DNA from: an uncultured Planctomycetales bacterium
GTDB lineage: Bacteria > Omnitrophota > Gorgyraeia > Zapsychrales > JBDRMG01
Reading direction: 5' to 3'
DNA length: 64,000 nt
NCBI GenBank assembly: GCA_964478715.1
Contig: CAYZIY010000003.1
Coordinates: 84,661 to 148,660 of the forward strand
Part shown: positions 27,814 to 36,698 of the stretch, one piece after another
Position numbering within the stretch: position 1 is the stretch's first letter
Layout: each line of letters opens with the position of its first letter
Notes under the pieces: model-generated
What the model was told of the DNA's origin: nothing
What the model saw: only the letters and a program-made list of their open reading frames with translations
The model's database searches: none
Program-made: the position numbers and the translations under genes

Positions 27814-29565
27814 ATGAAAGCACGAAAAATCAACCAAGGGATTGAGAGCATCAGAAAGCAAGGCAGCGGCGTATTTCGTTCTGGTGTTCATATGCTGCCC
27901 GGGGTAAGTTTGATGATGGCCGAAGGGGTCTTAAAGGACTTGAAGGGCTTAAAAAAACCCTTTGTCACGATCATTAATTCTTACACAACACAAATTCCGG
28001 GTCATGCGCATCTCGATCAAATAGGGAAGGTGGTGAAAAGAGAACTCGAGCGGCACGGTGTTAATGTGTGGTATACCAATATCGGCGGGGCTATCTGCGA
28101 TGGGATCGCGATGGGCCATTTTGGCATGAAATATTCGCTGGCCTCAAGAGAATTAATTGCCGATCAAATCGAAACGATCATCGGAGCTCACCCTTGCGAT
28201 GCCTGGATTGGCATTGGCAATTGCGATAAGATTGTGCCGGCGATGTATAATGCGATGGTGCGAATCAATATTCCATCCATTTATGTCAGCGGCGGTCCTA
28301 TGCTTTCAGGCGTTGGCAATACGGATTTAATTTCTATTTTTGAAGGGATCGGGCAATACAGCGTAAAAAAGATTTCTAAAAATAAATTGGAGCAGGTCAC
28401 GTGTCGCGCGTGTCCCGGGTATGGCAGCTGCGCCGGGATGTTTACAGCCAACTCAATGAATTGTCTGGGCGAGGTGCTGGGGCTGACTCTTCCCGGAAAT
28501 GGGACGATTCCAGCAACGGTTAGGAAAAAAGACAAGGTCAGACAATTTAGTATTAATCCCCAGAGAATCAATCTGGCTCGTCAGGCGGCCCGGACTTTGA
28601 TTCAACTTCAAAAAAAGAAGATCCGGCCTCTTGATCTTTTAAGCAGAGATTCGATTGATAATGCTTTTGTTTTGGATATGGCCATGGGCGGATCGACCAA
28701 TACGGTTTTACATGTTTTGGCGCTTTGTCATGAAGCGGGAATTCCTTATAATTTGAAACGAATTAATGATATTTCTAAGGCTACGTCCAATGTTATTAAG
28801 ATTGCCCCTTCGCGTCCGGAAGTGCATCTGGAACATGTGCATCAAGTGGGAGGTATGGGAGCTATTTTGAAATCCGTTAGTCAAAAGAAAAATAAATTTC
28901 TCAAATTGAAAACCAAGACAGTTTACGGCCGTTTAAATGATTATGTCCGCAAGTCTCCTCAAGCCGACGGACGCATCATCCGTTCGGTTAAAAAGGCTTT
29001 TTCAAACGAAGGCGGACTGGAAGTTTTATTTGGTAATATTGCGCGAAAAGGGGCTGTTTTAAAGACAAGCGGTGTGGATGCGGATATGTTAACCTTTCAA
29101 GGACCGGCTCGTATTTATGAATCGCAGGAAGAAGCTTTAGATGGAATTTTGAAAGGAAAAGTTAAAGACGGTGATGTTGTTGTCATCCGTTACGAAGGAC
29201 CCAAGGGCGGGCCGGGTATGCAGGAAATGCTTTCGCCGACAGCCGCTATTAGAGGCGCAGGCATTAAAGCGGCACTTATCACCGATGGAAGGTTTTCCGG
29301 GGGGACACGGGGTCTGTGCATTGGTCATGTGGCCCCGGAGGCCGCAGCCGGCGGAGAGATTGGTATTTTGAAAAACGGGGATATCATTGTCATTGATGTC
29401 CACCGAAAGAAATTAAATGTGAAATTGTCGACTGCAGAAATCAAGCGGAGAAAGAAAAAGCAGAAGCCTTTTAAGTTCAAGGTGGCTGGCGGATGGCTGG
29501 CCCGCTATGCGGCTTTTGTCACCAGCGCTGATACCGGAGCCATTTTGAGAAATCCCGAGAATTAA
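27814..29565 (+). CDS. ilvD: Dihydroxy-acid dehydratase family (IlvD/Edd) protein
   Basis: 583 aa. Contains the conserved CDGIAMG and [17 protein letters not shown] [Fe-S] cluster-binding cysteines of the IlvD/EDD family. No other ilv genes are nearby, so the substrate is uncertain. Confidence 0.75.
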   Translation: MKARKINQGIESIRKQGSGVFRSGVHMLPGVSLMMAEGVLKDLKGLKKPFVTIINSYTTQIPGHAHLDQIGKVVKRELERHGVNVWYTNIGGAICDGIAMGHFGMKYSLASRELIADQIETIIGAHPCDAWIGIGNCDKIVPAMYNAMVRINIPSIYVSGGPMLSGVGNTDLISIFEGIGQYSVKKISKNKLEQVTCRACPGYGSCAGMFTANSMNCLGEVLGLTLPGNGTIPATVRKKDKVRQFSINPQRINLARQAARTLIQLQKKKIRPLDLLSRDSIDNAFVLDMAMGGSTNTVLHVLALCHEAGIPYNLKRINDISKATSNVIKIAPSRPEVHLEHVHQVGGMGAILKSVSQKKNKFLKLKTKTVYGRLNDYVRKSPQADGRIIRSVKKAFSNEGGLEVLFGNIARKGAVLKTSGVDADMLTFQGPARIYESQEEALDGILKGKVKDGDVVVIRYEGPKGGPGMQEMLSPTAAIRGAGIKAALITDGRFSGGTRGLCIGHVAPEAAAGGEIGILKNGDIIVIDVHRKKLNVKLSTAEIKRRKKKQKPFKFKVAGGWLARYAAFVTSADTGAILRNPEN

Positions 29566-29635
29566 AGAAAAAGAATTGACAACTTTCGCGAGCTGCGTCA
29601 TGATAAAATTGTCATGAAGGAGCAGGGAACTTTTA

Positions 29636-29677
29636 AAGCTGCAGGAGAAAGCAATCGCTAATCCTGCGGCTTTTTTG
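29636..29677 (+). terminator. Hairpin + T-tract after ilvD (terminator or cspA-leader structure)
   Basis: GCTGCAGGAG ...15 nt... TCCTGCGGC followed by TTTTTT, located 70 nt after the ilvD stop and 45 nt before the cspA start. Confidence 0.4.
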
Positions 29678-29720
29678 GTGTCTGCTTTAAGTTTAATGCA
29701 TCAAAAGAGGAGTAGGGCCG

Positions 29721-29921
29721 ATGGCGCGCGGTAAAGTCAAATGGTTCAGTAACCAGAAAGGTTACGGATTTATCGAGATGGAAGAAGGAACGGATGTCTT
29801 TGTGCATCACAGTTGTATTCAGCAGAATGGCTACCGGAGTCTTGACCAGGGGCAAGCGGTAGAATTCGAAATCGAAGAAGGGCTTAAGGGTCAACAGGCT
29901 CGCAATGTGATGAAGGTTTAA
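29721..29921 (+). CDS. cspA: Cold-shock protein (CspA family)
   Basis: [18 protein letters not shown]...VFVHHS matches RNP1/RNP2 motifs. 66 aa. Followed by a strong terminator. Confidence 0.9.
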   Translation: MARGKVKWFSNQKGYGFIEMEEGTDVFVHHSCIQQNGYRSLDQGQAVEFEIEEGLKGQQARNVMKV

Positions 29922-29935
29922 AGCGAATGATATTT

Positions 29936-29980
29936 AAGGCCCTTGATCCGCCTTCAAGCGGATCAAGGGCCTTTTTGATA
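29936..29980 (+). terminator. Rho-independent terminator after cspA
   Basis: Perfect 14-bp inverted repeat GGCCCTTGATCCGC / GCGGATCAAGGGCC with a 6-nt loop, followed by TTTTTGATATT. Confidence 0.7.
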
Positions 29981-30023
29981 TTATGCAACTAAAAAAGATA
30001 AAAGGCAGCGGTAGAATTTTTCT

Positions 30024-31262
30024 ATGAGAAAGAAATTCAAAATTATTTCTTGGGCGCTTTATGATCTAGCCAACCAATTCTTTGCCCTTAATGTCGTCTC
30101 GATTTATTTTCCTCTCTGGTTGATCGATGAAAAGGGTATTCCTGAAATATTCTTAAGTATTTCCTTTGGTATATCGGTTTTTGTAGCTGCTATTATCGCT
30201 CCTGTTTTGGGAGCCATCGCCGATATGGGCCAACGAAAAAAGGAATTTCTTCTCTTTTTCACTTTTCTTTCTATTGTCTTTACGGTCGCCTTGGGCCAAC
30301 CTATGAGAATTGTTTATGCCCTTGTCTTTTTTGCGATTGCGAATTTGGGATGCCAGGCTGCTACTGTTTTTTACAATTCTCTGATCGTCGATGTGACCGA
30401 TAATAAACAAATAGGATTGATTTCGGGAATCGGTCGCATGTTCGGCTATTCGGGCGCGATTGTGGCCCTGCTTTTAACCAAACCTGTCGCTGAGAAATAT
30501 GGCTATCAGGCTACATTTGTGACAACAGGCATTTTATTTTTTCTTTTCTCATTGCCTTGTTTATTTTTTGTGAAAGAAAAACCCCGGCTAAAACCGTCCG
30601 CGCCGATTACAGACGTCTCAAAAAAGGGATTGGTGGAGATATTCTTGAGACTTAAAAATATTCTTTATGGCCGCAAGGCAAATACCTCTTTACGATATTT
30701 TCTTTTTGCTTCTTTTTTCGGTCTATGCGTTGTCAATACGATGATTCTTTATATGGCTGTTTATTTGAAAAAGGCCTATGCCATTGACAATGTCGAGCAG
30801 ATCGTAGCCTTTTCGACCGTCTTTGCCATTCTGGGAAGTCTGTTCTCTGGAATACTCAGCGATCGAATAGGACCCCGGCGCTGTCTCGTTGGCATTTTTG
30901 TTTTATGGATCGTTTGTTTGATTGGCGGTTCTCTCGCCAGACCGCCGTTTCATTGGATTATCGGGGCAATGGCGGGTTTAAGCTTAGGGGCCACCTGGGT
31001 GGTTGCCCGCGCTTTGGCTGTTTCTTTGGTCGTCAAAGAAAAAATCACAGAAGTTTTTGCCTTTTTTAATATTGTCGCTTATGCCGCTGGAATCATCGGA
31101 TCGCTTTGGTGGGGGCTGCTGGTTTTAGGACTTGCTTCTTTAGGTGAACTTGGCTATCGTTTAACTGTTTGTAGCCTTAATATTTTTGTTGTCCTAGGAA
31201 TCATTATGCTTAAAAGGATGCCGGATCGACCTGAGAAAATCACAAGCGAGGAATTAGCGTGA
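30024..31262 (+). CDS. MFS transporter (lysophospholipid transporter LplT-like)
   Basis: 12 TM MFS topology. Translationally coupled (ATGA-type overlap) to the downstream Aas-like gene, as in lplT-aas operons. Confidence 0.55.
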   Translation: MRKKFKIISWALYDLANQFFALNVVSIYFPLWLIDEKGIPEIFLSISFGISVFVAAIIAPVLGAIADMGQRKKEFLLFFTFLSIVFTVALGQPMRIVYALVFFAIANLGCQAATVFYNSLIVDVTDNKQIGLISGIGRMFGYSGAIVALLLTKPVAEKYGYQATFVTTGILFFLFSLPCLFFVKEKPRLKPSAPITDVSKKGLVEIFLRLKNILYGRKANTSLRYFLFASFFGLCVVNTMILYMAVYLKKAYAIDNVEQIVAFSTVFAILGSLFSGILSDRIGPRRCLVGIFVLWIVCLIGGSLARPPFHWIIGAMAGLSLGATWVVARALAVSLVVKEKITEVFAFFNIVAYAAGIIGSLWWGLLVLGLASLGELGYRLTVCSLNIFVVLGIIMLKRMPDRPEKITSEELA

Positions 31263-33973
31263 ATTTAGCTGACAAACTTAAAGAAACAGCTCAAAACGAT
31301 CCACAGAAAGTGGCCATTGAATATCGGAAGGATGATCATTCATGGGAGCGTGTTTCTTATCAGAGATTTTTTGATGATATCCAAATGCTAGCCGGTTTTT
31401 TGAGGCAAAAAGGAATACAAAAAGGAGACCGCATAGCCATCGTGATGGAAAATCGCTATGAATGGCCGTTGGTTTTCTTTGCGATTGTCTCTTGCTGCGC
31501 AGTAGTTGTTCCCATTAATCCAGAGACCGACAAGAAAGAGATTGAAAATATCCTGAATAATTCAGAGAGTACATTATCCTTCACGGGAAGCGGAGAAATT
31601 TTCGAAAAATGTAAGACGCTTAGCGTTAAGACAATGAAAGAAATACTATGTGTGGATGAAAAATATTTTAAGCAGATTCTCAAGGGAGAATTCTCGGAAT
31701 TCTCCCTTGATCGGCTTTGCGCGGATGATTTAGCCTGCCTGATGTACACATCGGGAACTACCGATGATCCCAAGGGTGTTATGCTGACACATGAAAACTT
31801 TCTTTCCAATATCGAATCCATCGCCAGCATTCGATTTATCACGCCTCGTGATCGGAACTTATGTTTTTTACCTTTGCACCATGCTTTTCCCTTAACCGGG
31901 ACCATGCTTTTACCGCTTTGTATCGGCGGGACCATTATTTTTCCGGGATCGGTCCGATCCGAAATATTGTTTAAGGTGATGAAGGAGTCTCGACCTACCA
32001 TTTTTGCCGCCGTGCCTCAAATCTATTACACTCTTTCGCAAAAAATATCCGAGCATATCGAAGCTATGCCGGAAGTTGCAAGGATCATTATTAAAATGTT
32101 AATGAATTTCTTCTATAAAATCAGAATACACTTAGGGCTAAATTTCAATCAATGGCTCTTGATATCTTTGCATCGAAAATTTGGAGGACACCTGCGTTAT
32201 ATGGTTTCCGGCGGCGCAAAGTTAAACGAGGAGGTCGAGCGCGATCTTTTCAAATACGGTTTTAATATTATTGAAGGATACGGTCTCACCGAAACAACAC
32301 CCGTTTTAACCGTGAATCCTCCTGCGTGTCCCAAGATCGGCTCGGCGGGCAAACCCATCAAAAACGTTGAACTGAAAATCGACAAGCCTAATGATCAGGG
32401 GATTGGGGAGATACTCGCCCGCGGTCCCAATATCATGAAAGGATATTATAAAAGAACTGATTTGACCGAACAGGTGATTCACCAGAGCTGGTTTCATACC
32501 GGGGATTTGGGTTATATGGATCAAGACGGATATCTTTTTATTACCGGCCGGGCGAAAGAAGTGATTGTCTTAAGTTCCGGCCTCAATATCTTTCCTGATG
32601 AGGTGGAAGAGGCTTATATTAAAGGAGCCCCGATTAAAGAAATGTGTGTTTTTGATATTTCTGTCAAAAAGGATCCTTCGGACCGTTTAGCTCTTTGGGC
32701 GATACTTGTCCCCGAAATTGAATTCTTTAAGAAATATGGTGAAATGAATCTTCATAGCGTGATTAAAGAAAGACTCGATAATGTCTCTCGGGATTTGCCC
32801 CCGTTTAAACGGATTATGGGTTTCACCATCAGCATGGATCCGCTGCCGCGCACTCTTTTGGGCAAACTCAAACGATTTAAAGTAAAAGAGAAATATGAGT
32901 CGATGGCCGAGGGGCAAAAGAAGCAGAAAGAAGAGCAGAAAGGCATATCAAAAGACGACGAACATTTAATGGAAGAAGATATTGGCCGGCGGGTCATTGA
33001 TTTTCTTAAAAAACAAACGGATGCAAAGAAAATACTTCCGGCTGATTTATTGGAATTGGACTTGGGCATCGATTCTTTAGGGCGGGTGGAATTAGCCACA
33101 GGACTAGAAAAAGAATTTAAGATCAAGATTGACGACCAGAAAGTAAACAGCGTTTTCAGCGTGAAAGATTTGATTATAGCTGTCAAAGAGCATTTGGCTG
33201 ATCCTGCAACGCGCAAGGCTGAGGCTGAGACAGAGGTGAAGAATTGGAGAGAGATCCTTGAGATATTGCCCAAGGAAGAAAACAGAGAGAAGATTGATCT
33301 GCATCCGGGTTTTGGAGCCTGGCTTTTTGGATTTATTCTCTGTCGTTTGATTTTTTGGCCGTTTTTTAAGATTTTTTATCACTTGAAAGTAACAGGCCAG
33401 GAACATATTCCTCGTAAAGGCCCATGCCTTTTTTATGTCAATCATACCAGCTTTTTTGACGGGCCATTGATGGCGGTATCTTTTGATAGAGTCCCACGGC
33501 TGGATATATTTTTCTTGGGATTCCGACCATATTTCAATGTTATTATTTTAAGAAATTTGATTAAAATCGGCCGGGTTATTCCGCTGGATTTTGTTTCGCA
33601 TCTGCTGGAAGCTCTGCGCAACTGTTATTATATTTTAGACAGAGGCAAATGTCTCTGTCTTTTTCCGGAAGGGATGCGTACGCTGGATGGGAAAATCATT
33701 TCCTTCAAAAAAGGTTTCGGGATCTTGGCCAAAGAATCGCAGGCCACTCTTGTGCCGGTGTATATCAAAGGGGCTTATCAGGCCTGGCCGCGGACAAAAA
33801 AGTACCCAGCGCTTCATCAGATAGAGGTGTGTTTTGGGGCGCCGCAAGATCCAAAGGATCTTGCGGCGCAAGGCTCAAAGATGAACGCCCGGGATGAATA
33901 TGAAGCGATCTGCCGGGCGGCCCAGCAGACTTTAATCGATATGCAGAAGGAAAAGGAAAAATCGCAAGAATAG
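31259..33973 (+). CDS. Bifunctional acyl-[ACP] synthetase / lysophospholipid acyltransferase (Aas-like) with embedded carrier domain
   Basis: N-terminal AMP-binding domain (MYTSGTTDDPKGVMLTHEN, GYGLTET). Central phosphopantetheine-attachment-like segment (LGIDSLGRVELATGLEKEF). C-terminal PlsC-type acyltransferase with NHTSFFDGP (HX4D) and PEGMRT motifs. Confidence 0.7.
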   Translation: MNLADKLKETAQNDPQKVAIEYRKDDHSWERVSYQRFFDDIQMLAGFLRQKGIQKGDRIAIVMENRYEWPLVFFAIVSCCAVVVPINPETDKKEIENILNNSESTLSFTGSGEIFEKCKTLSVKTMKEILCVDEKYFKQILKGEFSEFSLDRLCADDLACLMYTSGTTDDPKGVMLTHENFLSNIESIASIRFITPRDRNLCFLPLHHAFPLTGTMLLPLCIGGTIIFPGSVRSEILFKVMKESRPTIFAAVPQIYYTLSQKISEHIEAMPEVARIIIKMLMNFFYKIRIHLGLNFNQWLLISLHRKFGGHLRYMVSGGAKLNEEVERDLFKYGFNIIEGYGLTETTPVLTVNPPACPKIGSAGKPIKNVELKIDKPNDQGIGEILARGPNIMKGYYKRTDLTEQVIHQSWFHTGDLGYMDQDGYLFITGRAKEVIVLSSGLNIFPDEVEEAYIKGAPIKEMCVFDISVKKDPSDRLALWAILVPEIEFFKKYGEMNLHSVIKERLDNVSRDLPPFKRIMGFTISMDPLPRTLLGKLKRFKVKEKYESMAEGQKKQKEEQKGISKDDEHLMEEDIGRRVIDFLKKQTDAKKILPADLLELDLGIDSLGRVELATGLEKEFKIKIDDQKVNSVFSVKDLIIAVKEHLADPATRKAEAETEVKNWREILEILPKEENREKIDLHPGFGAWLFGFILCRLIFWPFFKIFYHLKVTGQEHIPRKGPCLFYVNHTSFFDGPLMAVSFDRVPRLDIFFLGFRPYFNVIILRNLIKIGRVIPLDFVSHLLEALRNCYYILDRGKCLCLFPEGMRTLDGKIISFKKGFGILAKESQATLVPVYIKGAYQAWPRTKKYPALHQIEVCFGAPQDPKDLAAQGSKMNARDEYEAICRAAQQTLIDMQKEKEKSQE

Positions 33974-33978
33974 AAAAT

Positions 33979-34488
33979 TTAAGATCTGCCCAAAGAAGTT
34001 GAAGAATACGGCCGCGCCTGTTTCACGTTGAAGTGGCCGTTTTCTTTTTCAATTATGATTTGAAAACGCATATTTTCTATATTATAGCAAGTGATTCGCG
34101 TCTGAAAAGAGGCGTTAAGAAGATGGGCGACAAGATTGTCCGCAATGACTCCATGAAGCTCTCGGGGGCCGTCGAAAACACGATATTTCAATTTTTCTTT
34201 CTGGGCGGGATTCAGTGAATCAATATCCTGAAACTGAACAAGAAGAGTTTTGGCATAATCATATTTTAAGCTCACCTTTACATTATCAATGCGGATGTTT
34301 TTGGCCATGCAGAAGCTTTCGTTCTTCAAATAGAGCGCCAATTCCTCCCGGTTGATTTCAAGATTCAAAAGAGGGATAAGCCTTTTATGCATTTCTTTGC
34401 GCATGCATCTACGCAGCCAGAAAATCTTAAAAATACAGAAAATCAGGGCTAGAATGAGTGAAATAATGATAAGGTCTTTATGATCCAT
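33979..34488 (-). CDS. Hypothetical membrane-anchored protein
   Basis: 169 aa minus-strand ORF with a single N-terminal TM segment (LIIISLILALIFCIFKIFWL). No recognisable domain. Convergent with the aas-like gene. Confidence 0.3.
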   Translation of the reverse strand: MDHKDLIIISLILALIFCIFKIFWLRRCMRKEMHKRLIPLLNLEINREELALYLKNESFCMAKNIRIDNVKVSLKYDYAKTLLVQFQDIDSLNPAQKEKLKYRVFDGPRELHGVIADNLVAHLLNASFQTRITCYNIENMRFQIIIEKENGHFNVKQARPYSSTSLGRS

Positions 34489-34576
34489 GATCTATATTCC
34501 TCATATTTATCTTTATTTATATTTTAGCATTGTCTTAAATTATATAAATTACTATTCATAGTAATTAACGAAGGGC

Positions 34577-34594
34577 AAGAATCGATCGATTCTT
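34577..34594. promoter_or_regulatory. Perfect 18-bp palindrome AAGAATCGATCGATTCTT in the divergent promoter region; candidate operator
   Basis: Exact reverse-complement symmetry, in the AT-rich 189-nt gap between the minus-strand ORF 33979-34488 and the E1-alpha gene (first gene of the glycan supercluster). Confidence 0.35.
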
Positions 34595-34677
34595 AAGTCT
34601 CATTATTTGTTGCAGTTATAGAATATTTTCGATATACTGATGAAGAAATTATTCCTAATTGATGACTTAAATTTGGT

Positions 34678-35652
34678 ATGGATACATTCTCTCCACAAGA
34701 AGCTCTCGATTTATTCAAGTCGGCTTTGCGGATTCGCAAAGTTGAGCTTAAAATCGAAGAATTATATTCGGAAGACGAAATGAAAACTCCTGTCCATCTT
34801 TCTTTGGGACAGGAAGCTGTTGCGGTTGGTATTTGTGCGCATCTTTCCAAAGATGATTATGTTTTCAGTAATCACCGTAGTCATGCTCATTATCTGGCCA
34901 AAGCCGGTGATCTTAAAAAGATGATCGCCGAACTCTATTGTAAAGAGACCGGCTGTTCCAAAGGGCGGGGCGGTTCGATGCATTTGATTGATCCCTCCGT
35001 TGGGCTTTTAGGATCATCCTCAATTGTCAGCGGGAGTATTCCTCATGCGGTGGGCGCGGCTTTTGCTATCAGGATGCGTAAGGAAAAACGGATTGCTGTT
35101 TCCTTTTTCGGTGATGCCGCCAGCGAACAGGGCGCATTTTATGAAAGCATGAATCTCGCCACTCTCAAACAGCTTCCGGTTCTCTTTGTCTGTGAAAATA
35201 ACCGCTATTCGGTGTGTTCCAATATCCATTCACGCCAGGCGATGGATAATATTTCGATGCGACCCCGTGCCTTTGATATTCCGGCAGTCAAAGTCGACGG
35301 GATGGATCTCGAGCAAGTTTTCAGAAAGTCTAAAGAAGCGACTGAGCATGTCCGCAGCGGTCGGGGTCCGTATTTTATGGAATGCTGTGTTCAAAGATGG
35401 CGGGCCCATGCCGGGGCCGGTGATCCTTTAAAGGAATTATACCGTCAGCCGGAGGAGCTTCAAAATGATTATTGGCGATGTTCCGTTGATGATTTTCGAT
35501 CCAGGATCATCAAGGAAAAGATCGCTGATGAAAATAAACTCACCAGCATGGAAGCAGAAATCGACAAAGAAATCGATCAGGCTTTTGATTTTGCCCAAAA
35601 AAGCCCGCTTCCTAAAAAAGAAGAGCTTCATAAGTATCTTTTTATGGAATAA
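34678..35652 (+). CDS. TPP-dependent 2-oxoacid dehydrogenase E1 component, alpha subunit
   Basis: TPP-binding GDG...N region (FGDAASEQGAFYESMNLA...VCENNRYS), ~324 aa. Paired with the beta subunit downstream. Confidence 0.8.
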   Translation: MDTFSPQEALDLFKSALRIRKVELKIEELYSEDEMKTPVHLSLGQEAVAVGICAHLSKDDYVFSNHRSHAHYLAKAGDLKKMIAELYCKETGCSKGRGGSMHLIDPSVGLLGSSSIVSGSIPHAVGAAFAIRMRKEKRIAVSFFGDAASEQGAFYESMNLATLKQLPVLFVCENNRYSVCSNIHSRQAMDNISMRPRAFDIPAVKVDGMDLEQVFRKSKEATEHVRSGRGPYFMECCVQRWRAHAGAGDPLKELYRQPEELQNDYWRCSVDDFRSRIIKEKIADENKLTSMEAEIDKEIDQAFDFAQKSPLPKKEELHKYLFME

Positions 35653-35657
35653 CACTT

Positions 35658-36698
35658 ATGCCCTGGACCAAAATACAAGTTGAACGTGATGAGCCGGCCT
35701 TTGATGAGGCCCAAGGCCAGGATGTCAGAAAATTAAGCCTGGGGGAGGCTCTGCGCGAGGCCCTGGATCAAGCCTTAAAAATTGATTCGCGGGTCTATGC
35801 GATGGGTCAGGGGATTGATGATCCGGGCGGGATGTTTGGCTCGACCAAGGATCTCCATAAAAAATACGGAAGCGAAAGAGTCTTTGATACTCCTCTTTCC
35901 GAAGAAGGTGTCGTCGGCATGGCGATCGGTTCGGCTATGGCGGGTTTACGTCCTGTCTCGATCCACAATCGTCCGGATTTTCTTCTGATGGCCATGGATC
36001 AGATTGTCAATCATGCCGCTAAGTGGAGCTATATGTTTGGCGGTCAGGTTTCTGTGCCCTTGGTGGTCAGAGCTTGTATCGGCCGGGGATGGGGGTCGGC
36101 GGCTCAGCATTCTCAGGCTTTGGATGCGATGTTTATTCATACGCCGGGTTTAAAAGTTGTTATGCCTTCAACCGCCTATGATGCCAAGGGGCTGTTTCTC
36201 GCCAGCGTGGCCGATAATAATCCTGTTATTTTTATGGAACAAAGATGGCTGTATAAACATACAGGCTATGTCCCTGAAGATCCTTACTTTTTGCCACTTG
36301 GAAAGGGAGTTGTCAAAAGAGAAGGCAAAGATGTAACGATTGTTGCGGTATCCCATATGGTGATTGAAGCGCTCAGGGCCGCTGAGCAACTTCAGAAAGA
36401 AGGCATCAGCGTTGAGGTTGTAGATCCGCGAACACTGAAACCTTTGGATGAAGGGGTGATCTTTTCCTCTGTTAAAAAGACGGGTCGACTGGTCATCGCC
36501 GAATTAGGATGGAAAACCTGCGGCTTCGGATCAGAGGTCATTGCCCGAGTTTCTGAGGATCACCCGAAAGTATTGAAAAGCGCTCCGATCAGAATTTCCT
36601 ATCCTGATCTGCCGACACCCAGCAGCTTTGTTTTGGAAGAAGCTTACTATCCTGGCGTGAAAGATATCATCCAGGCTGCTAAGAAAGCGATCAAATAA
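35658..36698 (+). CDS. TPP-dependent 2-oxoacid dehydrogenase E1 component, beta subunit
   Basis: Transketolase-like pyrimidine-binding and C-terminal domains (FDTPLSEEGVVGMAIGSAMAGLRP...). 346 aa. Confidence 0.8.
   Translation: MPWTKIQVERDEPAFDEAQGQDVRKLSLGEALREALDQALKIDSRVYAMGQGIDDPGGMFGSTKDLHKKYGSERVFDTPLSEEGVVGMAIGSAMAGLRPVSIHNRPDFLLMAMDQIVNHAAKWSYMFGGQVSVPLVVRACIGRGWGSAAQHSQALDAMFIHTPGLKVVMPSTAYDAKGLFLASVADNNPVIFMEQRWLYKHTGYVPEDPYFLPLGKGVVKREGKDVTIVAVSHMVIEALRAAEQLQKEGISVEVVDPRTLKPLDEGVIFSSVKKTGRLVIAELGWKTCGFGSEVIARVSEDHPKVLKSAPIRISYPDLPTPSSFVLEEAYYPGVKDIIQAAKKAIK

Noticed and set aside
31456-33445. Three long minus-strand ORFs (181, 173, 113 aa) inside the Aas-like gene
   Set aside because: Antisense to a gene with AMP-binding, carrier and acyltransferase motifs all in one frame. 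Ser/Lys-rich low-complexity translations.
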